Shown here one piece after another: positions 20,951 to 30,282 of a DNA stretch of 64,000 nt. How positions within the stretch are numbered: the first letter of the stretch is position 1; each line of letters starts with the position of its first letter. The notes under the pieces were generated by a model, which saw only the letters and a program-made list of their open reading frames with translations, did no database searches and was not told the DNA's origin. A program made the position numbers and the translations under genes. Location of the stretch: positions 512,001-576,000 of the forward strand of contig CAVVMW010000004.1 of the NCBI GenBank assembly GCA_963749495.1, written 5' to 3'. The DNA comes from an uncultured bacterium (GTDB lineage: Bacteria; Verrucomicrobiota; Verrucomicrobiia; Limisphaerales; UBA8199).

Positions 20951-21455
20951 AAACACTCCCCGCTCTCCTGTGCGACCTGCCCCAACTGGAGGCACCCCTA
21001 AGCACCTGTCACCGGAGCACACCGGCCCGCGCCCGACTGGGCGCGTGCTCGGCCGGGTCCGGTGACAGAGAGATTTAGCGCTTTTCCAGTCGGACCGTAG
21101 CAAAAGCTGCGCAAACTCCCTGCTGTCTCTTTTACATAATTGGCAAGGGCCCCTTACGCCGCGCCAGTACGCTTGCCAAGCGAGTTCTCGCTTTGGCTTG
21201 TTTAGCGGACACAGGCTGGAGCGGGCGCTCCAGCGCGAGGAATCCGGTCTGGCGATTGAGGCGCGAGCCCGAATCCCTGACCGACGAAAGAACCCATGCC
21301 GCCGAGTTGGTGCTGCACGGGCCTCTGTCGGGGACCGGTTCAGACGAGGCCGGCCAGCCCGGAATACCCCCGTCTTGCGCCTGGGCGCCTGGGGGAGCCC
21401 CAAGAATGTACGTGCAAATTTGCCCTTACCGCGCCATCATCGCACGGTTTTTGTC

Positions 21456-24400
21456 ATGGGCGGCACGCATGCAGAATTGCCGATCGGTCGCCAGGTGTCC
21501 CTTCGGGGACATTTTGATCTCCCTGTTACCCTGGAATCCGCCCGGCCCCTGGGCAAGGGTTTCGAGTGCCGCGTCCGCCTGCCGGACGGCACCCTCGACG
21601 AGGCGGTCATCACCCAGGAGGAAGCCGCCGCGCTCGCCGGTGCGTCCCCGGCTCCGGAAACCAAGAGCCCCCTGGCCAACGCCGAGCAACTCCGCCTCCT
21701 CGTCGAATCCGCCCGCATTCGGCTCGCCTACGCGCACGACCGGCAGTTCGCCGTCAGCCTCTCCGGCATCCGCACGCTGCCGCACCAGATCGAAGCGGTC
21801 TATATCAAGATGCTGCCCCAGCCCCGACTCCGCTTCCTACTCGCGGACGACCCCGGCGCCGGCAAAACCATCATGGCCGGCCTCCTGATCAAGGAGATGA
21901 AGCTCCGCGAGGCCATCGAGCGCGTCCTCATCCTCTGCCCCTCACCGCTCACCATCCAATGGCAGGACGAGATGCTCCGCTGGTTCGGCGAGTCGTTCGA
22001 CATCATCTTCTCCGCGGTCGACCAGCAACAGCTCACCAATCCCTGGCAGCGGTCCAACCAGGTGATCGCGTCAATTGACTACGCCAAGCAGGACGAGGTC
22101 CGCGAGCGCGTCTGGCAGCAGCGCTGGGATCTCATCATAATCGACGAGGCCCACAAGTGCAGCGCCTACACCAAGAAATCCGCCACGCGCGGCGACGAGG
22201 CCGAAAAGACCAAACGTTACCAACTGGCCGAGCACCTTACCGCCCAGCCGGCCGGCCATGTCCTCCTGCTCACGGCCACGCCCCACCACGGCGACGACGA
22301 CCGTTTTGCTCATTTCATCCGCCTGCTTGACCCGGACCTCTTCCCGGAGCCACACCGCAACCCCGGCAAGGCTGGCGAACTCCGCCGCGAAATCCTCAGC
22401 CTCGGCCCGGACTGTCCATGGGCCCTCCGGCGGTTGAAGGAGGACTTGAAGGACCTCCAGGGCCACCGCCTGTTTCCCGACCGCCATGCCCACACCATCA
22501 CCTTCCAACTGAACCGGGACGAGTACGACCTTTACAAGGCCGTCACCGCCTATATCAACGAGTTCCTCCCGCAGGCGAGCGGTCGCAAGAAAGCCAGTGT
22601 CGCCCTGGCGCGCACCGTCCTTCAGCGCCGGTTGGCCAGTTCCACGATGGCCATCTTCGAGTCCATCCGCCGCCGCTTGGAAAAGCAGCAGGAACTGCTT
22701 GAGGAGTTGGAAAACCTCACCCCGCCTCAGCGCCCCCGCCGCCTCGCCCAACTCCAAGGCCGCCTGGACGACGCCGAGCAGGACGAGGACGATCTTGATG
22801 AGGCCCAGCGCGACCAACTCGCCGATGGCCTCACCGACGCCATCGAGCTCGACCAGCTCCGCGCCGAAATCGCCGCGTTGCAGGAACTAATCGCCCGCGC
22901 CCGGCGCGTTCGCGACCAGGGCACCGACTCCAAGCTGACCGCCCTGCACGAATGTCTCACGCGCGCCGAGTTCCACGAGCTGACCGACGGCCGCGGCAAG
23001 CTCCTCATTTTCACAGAGCACCGCGACACGCTGAGCCACCTCCGGCACCACCTCGAAAAATGGGGCTATACCCTAACCGAAATCCACGGCGGCATGAACC
23101 CCCATGAGCGCAAGCGCGCTCAGGAGGACTTCCGCACCACCAAACAAATCTGCGTCGCCACCGAAGCCGCCGGTGAAGGCATCAACCTCCAGTTCTGCCG
23201 GCTGATGATAAACTACGACCTGCCCTGGAATCCGACTCGGCTTGAACAGCGCCTCGGCCGCATCCACCGCATCGGCCAGGACCGCGATGTCCACGCCTTC
23301 AATTTCGTTGCCGCCCAGTCCGAGGAAGGCCAGGACATCGTCGAGGGCCGCATCCTCACCCGCCTGCTCGAAAAACTGGAGCAAATGCGCGAGGTCCTGG
23401 CCGACCGCGTCTTCGACGTCATCGGCGAAGTCCTCTCCCTCAACGACATCAACCTGCCAGACATTCTGCGTGAGGCCGCCCACGACCCCCGCCGCCTGCA
23501 GGAATACCTCGACCGCATCGAAAAGGTGGACCCGCAGCTCCTCCTCCATTACGAGAAGGCCACCGGCATCGCCCTCGCCCGCGCCAACGTGGACTTCTCC
23601 GGCTTCCAGCGCGCCAACGTCGAGGCCGAGGAGCGCCGCCTCATGCCCCGTTACGTTGAGGACCAGTTCGTAAAATCGTGCGCCGAAGTCGGCCTCAAGA
23701 TCGAACCCGCGCGCCGATGGCCTCTGGCGCGTCGAGCACGTCCTGGCCGACCTCCGCTCCGACCGCCTTGAATCCGTCCGCCGCCTCGGCAAGGCCGAGC
23801 CGGCCTATCGGAAGCTCACCTTCCACAAGGGCCACCTCGAAGACGACCAACACCTCGATGCCGTCCTCTTCGGTCCGGGCCACCCGCTCTACGCCGCCGT
23901 GGACGAGCGCCTTAACGAGAAGCTGGCCCCGCTCGTCGGCGGCATGGCCCTCTACCTCGACGCCGCCACTCAAAAACCCTACCGCCTCCATTTCTTCGAA
24001 ATCTCAGTGCGCGGCCAGAACACCAAGGGCGAAGCCCAAACCCTTTTCGCCGAACTGGTCGCGGTCCGCGAGAATCTGAGCATTCCGATGGCCCTCGGCG
24101 AAGTCGGCGGCGGCGAAACCCGCTATGAAATTGTCCCCGCCGATTGCCTCCTCGACCTGCCCGCCTTTCCGAATCCGCCGGAAGCCGTCGGCCGCATTGA
24201 CCCCGCCCCCGCCGCTGACTTCCTCAGAAGCACCTACCAGAGCGAACGCCGCCAGGCGTGTCAGGACGAACGCAAACATTTCGTCGAGGTCTGCCGCGAG
24301 TACCTCCAAAAGTCCTACACCGCTCGTCAGCGGGCCGCCCAGGACCGCGTCATGTCTCTCCGTGGCCGCGAGAAGTCCGACACCTCGCTCGCCATCGCCC

Positions 24401-25047
24401 GCCAGCGAGCTGAAAACGATCTCGCCGACTTGGAGCGCACCCACAAGGAGCGCATGGCCGGCCTTGACCGCCTCTCCATCGCCCGGCACGGACCTGTTCG
24501 CCACGTCGCCACCTCGCTTGTCCTCCCGGCCACGGAGATTGCTACCCTCGCCCATCAGATGGGAGAGGGGCCGGGGGTGAGGGCCGCCATCAGCGAACTC
24601 CTCGATGACCTCGACCCCGAAGTCAATCGCCTAAGTGAACTCGCCGCCGAGAACGTCGTCATCGCCTACGAGACGGCGCGCGGTTGGGAGTGCACACGCG
24701 TTGGCCATGAAAAAATCGGCTTTGATATTCGAAGCCTCGGCCCGGCCGACCCGCAAACTGGCTACCGCGATCCCGTTACCAGCCTCCGCCGCATCGAAGT
24801 GAAAGGCCGCAAGCGCGGCCAGACCGTCCGCCTCACCACCAACGAATGGTACAAGGCCATCCAACTGGGCGACTCCTACTGGCTTTACGTGGTCTGGGAC
24901 CCGCTCGGAAAGCCGGATAAGATCCCTTTGATGATTCGGAACCCGGCCAAACACCTTGACCACGCCAAAAAAGAGGTTGTCGCCGCGAGGTATTTCGATA
25001 TCCCCGCCCCCGCAATTGAGATGGCGGCGCGGCAGGTGAGCCTCTAA
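21456..25047 (+). CDS. SNF2-family helicase with C-terminal DUF3883 (PD-(D/E)xK-like) nuclease (~1196 aa), +1 frameshift at 23706-23708
   Basis: LLADDPGAGKT, IIDEAH, LTATPH, TEAAGEGINLQ, PWNPTRLEQRLGRIHR; one C fewer gives IEPRADGLWRV...GPGHPL in frame with 23899-25047 (GFDIRS...IEVKGR...LTTNEW...YWLYVV). Confidence 0.9.
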
Positions 25048-25069
25048 TATCCTGGATGGAGACAACGCG

Positions 25070-26080
25070 ATGAACCATCAGAACACAATACCGGGTGGAT
25101 CAGCAACGAAACTGGTAATCCAGGTGGAAGGACCGCGAGTGGGAACCGCTCGGCTCTCTGCTGCCGACTTCGCTGACATCGTGCGTCGTACCCAGCAGGC
25201 GCTAAAACGCGTCGGCCAGGTGCTCTACGGCCAGGAGTCTGCCGGGCAAGGGCGCAAGCCGAAGGAAATTGAGCAGCTCTGCGAACTTTTCCTGGTGGAA
25301 TGGAAAGGCGGCAGTGCCGTTGCCGGGCTTGAGCTCCCCGTAGGCCCGCCTCAGATGCACCTCTTCGGCTGCGTCGGTGAGGAGAGCCTCAAAGCCCTCC
25401 TCGACGGCATCCAGGCGGTGGCCTCGGGAACAGTCGAACCCTCGCATCTCCCGGTGGGGTTCGACCTTGGGGTTCTGCAAACCTGCGAAGCCCTTGGCAG
25501 CGTGCTGCCCCACGGCATAGATCAATTGAGATTGTCGGCGAATGGCAGGCTTTCCAAAACGGCAGTTTACGACTCCGGTGTGCGCAATAAATTCCGAACG
25601 TTGTTGGAATTGCCTGCCACCGTCAACCAAGTTGTAACGGTCGGGCGCCTGGAGGAACTCAACGGCCACGGGGCTCTGACCGGGCGCTTATGGGAGCCGG
25701 ACGGGACTCGCTGGACGTGCCGGTTCAGGATCGAGCATCGCGAACTGCTGCCCGAGGCATGGCTTCACAACGTTCAGGCCAAGGGCAAGAAGTTAACCGA
25801 GGAAGGCAAGGAAAACATCCTCGAGGTGGATTCGCTCCTGATTTTGGACGAGACCACGGCCGCTGCCGCTGGCGAAGCACTCTCTGCCGCTTCGTCCTTC
25901 TGGGCGCCGCAGAGCCTCGACAACCTCATCCGCCAGCAGGGCATCACCCCGGCCGGTAGCCTTGACGAGATCTCCGCGCTCTGGCCGGCTGAGGATGACG
26001 CAGACGAACTGCTGGACTTCATCCATTCCCGGCGCACTGAGCATCGCCAGCTCGCCAGGGAAACGCAGGGCCGGCAATGA
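25070..26080 (+). CDS. Hypothetical protein, candidate antitoxin partner of the downstream PIN protein
   Basis: GGAGA RBS; stop overlaps next start (ATGA); acidic C-terminal module LDNLIRQQGI...WPAEDDADELLDFI. Confidence 0.65.
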   Translation: MNHQNTIPGGSATKLVIQVEGPRVGTARLSAADFADIVRRTQQALKRVGQVLYGQESAGQGRKPKEIEQLCELFLVEWKGGSAVAGLELPVGPPQMHLFGCVGEESLKALLDGIQAVASGTVEPSHLPVGFDLGVLQTCEALGSVLPHGIDQLRLSANGRLSKTAVYDSGVRNKFRTLLELPATVNQVVTVGRLEELNGHGALTGRLWEPDGTRWTCRFRIEHRELLPEAWLHNVQAKGKKLTEEGKENILEVDSLLILDETTAAAAGEALSAASSFWAPQSLDNLIRQQGITPAGSLDEISALWPAEDDADELLDFIHSRRTEHRQLARETQGRQ

Positions 26081-26488
26081 GTACCAATCCTGCTCGACCC
26101 CACCGTAGCCAGCCTGCTTCATCCCAAAAAGAGGCGGACGGCGGACAGAGCCAAGTATGAGCCGGACATGCGGGGCAACGTCCTTGCGCTGAGCTTTCAA
26201 AGCGTTGCCGAGCTCTGGTCCTGGGCCGAGCAAAACGGCTGGAGCGAGGCCAACAAGCAAGGACTCGAGGCCTTCATCCGTCGCTTCCTCGTCATTCCCT
26301 ACGACTTCGAACTCGCCAAAACTTGGGCTCGAGTTACCAACCAGAGCAAACAGATGGGGAGGCTCCTTTCTGCGGGCGATGCTTGGATTGCCGCAACCGC
26401 CGTCCGGCATAAACTGACCCTCCTTTCTCACGACAGAGACTTTCTTGGCTTGAGCATCCCCAACCTCCATGTCATCTGCTATGCATAA
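26077..26488 (+). CDS. vapC: PIN-domain (VapC-like) ribonuclease (~136 aa), +1 frameshift near 26086
   Basis: One A fewer gives MSTILLDPTVAS; acidic tetrad ILLD, SVAEL, GDAWIAATA, HDRDF. Confidence 0.8.
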
Positions 26489-26567
26489 CACGCAGGGACG
26501 CTGCGATCAGTCTGACTCAGCAGTGCAAAAAGGTGGGCAAGCCCTCGGACCAACGCCAACGCCCAGA

Positions 26568-29500
26568 ATGGAAAATGATAAGCGCCTTATCGAGGACTAC
26601 CTCCCCATAGAGGCCATCAGTGCCGAGGCGTCGCGCGAAAAGTCCGTCCGCAAGGGCCACATCTCCACGCTGCACCTGTGGTGGGCACGCCGTCCGCTTG
26701 TGGCCTGCCGGGCGGCGGTCTATGGCGCGCTGGTGCCGGCGTCACAGTTCGTGCCGAACGAAGGTTCCGACGCTCAAAGGAAGAGCCTTGGGCGAGCCAA
26801 CGCCGCCAAGTTTATCAAACGGCTGTGTCAGTATCCGACCGACGCCAAGCCGGAGCAGAAGGCGGACATCGAACGTGCGGTCGGAGAGGCGCAGCAGCAC
26901 ATCCTGACCGCGCATGCGGAACGTTTGGGCCAGGAGACGGGAAAACCTGTCACGGTGGAGGACATCGTAACCGGGCGCGCGCCGCGCCCGCGCGTACTCG
27001 ACATGTTTGCCGGCGGCGGCGCTATACCGTTGGAAGCCTTGCGGCTCGGCTGCGATGCCTACGCGCTGGACCTCAATCCCGTGGCTCACATCATCGAGCT
27101 CTGCACGCTGGTCTATCCGCAGAAATACGGCAAACCCGACCCGACGGCGCGCGGGATGAGTGGCCCGAAGAAGGCCAAAGGCGAAACCACTTGGGGCGGA
27201 TTGGCCGAGGAAGTCCGCTACTGGGGCGACTGGGTGCTGAACAAGGTCAAAGCCGAAATCGGCAACCTTTACCCGCTCATCCCCGATCCCGAGTTCACGC
27301 AGCCGAAGAAGCGGAAAGGTGTCACGGGCGATGACGTTTTCGCCGAGCCACAGGACGTCATGGACTTTGCGACAGATCCTCAGCAACGCCTGAAAACGCG
27401 CGTGGGCTACCTGATGCCGGTCGCCTATCTCTGGACGCGCACCGTCACCTGCAAGAACCCCAACTGCAAAGCCACCGTCCCGCTGGTGCGCCAGACTTGG
27501 CTCTGCAAGAAGGACAAACGCTACGCTGCGCTGAAGATGATCGCGCCACGCGGCAAGAGAAAGGTCCGCTTCGAGGTCGTCGAGGCGGGCTCGGAGAACG
27601 GACTGGGCTTCGACCCCGCTGGCTTCTCGAAGGCCGGGAATGCCACCTGCCCGTTCTGCGGCACGGTCGCCGACAGCGATCACGTCAAGGCCGAAGGCTG
27701 CGCCGCGCGCTTGGCCACCCAATTCATGGCCGTCGCCTGTAGTCGCCCCGGCCAGCAGAGAAAAGTATATCTCGCCGCCCATGACGTGCCGGACGCTATG
27801 CCTGATGAAAGATCTATCCACTGTCGCATCCAGAAATTGTGTGAACGTACCGGGCTGTCTTTGCCAGACGAGCCTATCGTGAACGACGCGAAAGGTGCGT
27901 TGTTCTGCGTCCTGTATGGTCAGACAAGTTGGAAGGACATCTTCATTGCTCGTCAATTGATGTGCTTGCTCACGTTCGTGGATATGGTCCACCAAGCGGA
28001 AGAGCAAATGCAAGAGACGGGATGCAACAAAGGTCACCGGACTGCGGTTGCAACATCCTTGGGTATGCTTGTTGATAGGCTTGCCGTGTACTCTTCCACA
28101 CAATGCGTGTGGCATTACCAGAAGGGCGAGCGAACCGCAAAGACGTTTGGCCGCCAAGCACTGCCAATGAGTTGGGATTTCTCTGAAGCCTGTCCGTTCA
28201 ACACGGAAAACGCCAGTTGGCCGGTCGCAATGGAGTGGCTCGTGCCAGGACTCAACGGCGTCAATGTTGGCAGAGAGGCAACCGTACATCGTGGAACTGC
28301 GACCGCAATGCCTTGGTCGGAACAAACGTTCGACGCTGTGATAACTGACCCGCCCTATTATGACAACGTGCCTTACGCAGACATAGCTGATTTCTTCTAT
28401 GTCTGGCTAAAGCGCACGGTGGGTCACTTGTATCAAGAACACTTTGCCGCTGTTGGCACTCCAAAGAAAAGCGAGGCGGTTGCGGACGCAACCCGTCACG
28501 GTGGAGACAAGGAGAAGGCGAAGCGCGCCTACGAAGGAATGATGGCCGGTTCGTTTTCGGAGGCTTCCCGGGTACTCAAGCCTGGAGGACAGTTAGGCGT
28601 AGTTTACGCGCACAAGACCACGCTCGGTTGGGCGACATTGGTGGACGCCCTTCGGAACGCAGGCTTTGTTGTAAGCGAAGCGTGGCCGATGGATACTGAG
28701 ACTCTTGGTCGGTTGCGTGCGCAGGATTCCGCCGCGTTGGCCTCCAGCATTTTTCTGGTGGCGCGGAAGCGGGAGGGGGCAAAGACGGGCAACTACGAAG
28801 AAGAGGTCAAACCGGAGTTGGAGAAGATCGTGCGGGAGCGGGTGGAAACGTTGTGGGCGATGGGGATTTCGGGGGCGGATCTGGTGATCGCCTGCGTTGG
28901 CGCCGGCTTGCGGGCCTTTACCCGCTTCGCCCGCGTGGAATACGCCAACGGTGAGGAGGTTCCCGCCGAGCGCTTTCTCACCGAGGTTGAGACCGTGGTG
29001 CTGGACCACATCCTTGCCCGGCTGGCCAAGGAAGCCGAAGCGGCGGCTCGCAGGGAAGCGAAGAAAGCTGGCAAGGAGCCGCCGCAGGACCCGAGCATCG
29101 CGCTGGGCCATGTTGACCCCGCCACCCGCTTCTACATACTGTGGCGCTATACCTACAGCGCCGCCGAATTGGACGCCGGCGAGGCCATCATCTTCGCCAA
29201 TGGCACCCATGTTGAGCTCGATGGCCAGCACAGCCTCACCAGCGGTGCCCACGCCCTGGTCACGAAAGGGAAGGGTAAATACGCCCTCCGGGATTTTTCC
29301 GAGCGGGGCGAGGATGATCATCTGGGTCTCTCATCGGAAAATGGCCAACCGGCCCCGCTGGTTGACGCCCTTCACCGCACGCTTTGGCTGATGGAGAAAC
29401 GCCCCACCGAACTCCCGGGCTTCCTTCGCGACTCCCAGGTGAACCGCGAGCAATTGCGCCTCGTCGCCCAGGCCCTCGCCGGCCCGGCACTGAAGGGCGG

Positions 29501-29642
29501 CGAGTTGAGGGACGTCTCGCCCACGGCCGAGCTCTCTGCCCTCGGGAAACTGACCGCCAACTGGCAAAGCGTGGTCGAAGACGCCGCCTTGACCGCAGGC
29601 GAGAAAGAGGAGCGCAAGAAAGGCCAGAAACAATTGATTTGA
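26568..29642 (+). CDS. DUF1156-family amino (N6-adenine type) DNA methyltransferase
   Basis: KRLIE...LHLWWARRPL N-terminus; motif I DMFAGGG; Zn finger CKNPNC/CPFC; motif IV TDPPYY. Confidence 0.9.
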   Translation: MENDKRLIEDYLPIEAISAEASREKSVRKGHISTLHLWWARRPLVACRAAVYGALVPASQFVPNEGSDAQRKSLGRANAAKFIKRLCQYPTDAKPEQKADIERAVGEAQQHILTAHAERLGQETGKPVTVEDIVTGRAPRPRVLDMFAGGGAIPLEALRLGCDAYALDLNPVAHIIELCTLVYPQKYGKPDPTARGMSGPKKAKGETTWGGLAEEVRYWGDWVLNKVKAEIGNLYPLIPDPEFTQPKKRKGVTGDDVFAEPQDVMDFATDPQQRLKTRVGYLMPVAYLWTRTVTCKNPNCKATVPLVRQTWLCKKDKRYAALKMIAPRGKRKVRFEVVEAGSENGLGFDPAGFSKAGNATCPFCGTVADSDHVKAEGCAARLATQFMAVACSRPGQQRKVYLAAHDVPDAMPDERSIHCRIQKLCERTGLSLPDEPIVNDAKGALFCVLYGQTSWKDIFIARQLMCLLTFVDMVHQAEEQMQETGCNKGHRTAVATSLGMLVDRLAVYSSTQCVWHYQKGERTAKTFGRQALPMSWDFSEACPFNTENASWPVAMEWLVPGLNGVNVGREATVHRGTATAMPWSEQTFDAVITDPPYYDNVPYADIADFFYVWLKRTVGHLYQEHFAAVGTPKKSEAVADATRHGGDKEKAKRAYEGMMAGSFSEASRVLKPGGQLGVVYAHKTTLGWATLVDALRNAGFVVSEAWPMDTETLGRLRAQDSAALASSIFLVARKREGAKTGNYEEEVKPELEKIVRERVETLWAMGISGADLVIACVGAGLRAFTRFARVEYANGEEVPAERFLTEVETVVLDHILARLAKEAEAAARREAKKAGKEPPQDPSIALGHVDPATRFYILWRYTYSAAELDAGEAIIFANGTHVELDGQHSLTSGAHALVTKGKGKYALRDFSERGEDDHLGLSSENGQPAPLVDALHRTLWLMEKRPTELPGFLRDSQVNREQLRLVAQALAGPALKGGELRDVSPTAELSALGKLTANWQSVVEDAALTAGEKEERKKGQKQLI

Positions 29643-29643
29643 T

Positions 29644-30282
29644 ATGAGCAAACCACCCCTGAAGAAAGCTGCCACCCCGCCGCCCTCGGCCACGGGAGAG
29701 CCGCAAACAGAGATCATCCTGTACCAGGCGGAGGACGGCAAAACCAAGATCGAGGTCCATCTCCTGGACGATACGGTCTGGCTCACGCAGGCCCAAATGG
29801 CGGAATTGTTTCAAACCTCCGTCCCCAACGTCAGCATCCACATCCGTAACGTGTTCGAGGAAAAGGAGTTGCAACAGGATTCAGTTGTTAAAGAATTTTT
29901 AACAACTGCCGCTGACGGCAAGAACTACCAAACCCGCTTTTATAACCTGGACGTAATCATCTCCGTTGGCTACCGGGTCAAATCGCATCGCGGCACCCAG
30001 TTCCGCATCTGGGCCACCCAGCGGTTGAAAGAGTATATCGTAAAAGGCTTCGCGCTCGATGACGAACGCCTCAAAAAGGGCGGCGGTGATTATTTCGACG
30101 AATTACTCCAGCGCATCCGGGAAATCCGGGCATCCGAGCGAAATTTTTACCAGAAAATCAAAGACATCTACACCACGAGCCTTGACTACGATCCTCACGC
30201 CCAAATCACTGTTGACTTCTTCGCAAAAGGCCAGGGAAGTGGGCCACTCGCCAAGCAGCCCGAGCAATCAATAATCCTATGA
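29644..30282 (+). pseudogene. RhuM-family DNA-binding protein, truncated near 30228
   Basis: VWLTQAQMAELF, YNLDVIISVGYRVKSHRGTQFRIWAT, IRASE; similarity stops after DFFAK. Confidence 0.8.

Noticed and set aside
21198..21455. Extended N-terminus of the helicase ORF from TTG 21198
   Set aside because: Low-complexity Arg-rich translation; ATG 21456 is more plausible
23706..23708. Programmed frameshift or phase variation in the helicase
   Set aside because: Only a CCC run, no slippery heptamer; matches the window-wide +1 error pattern
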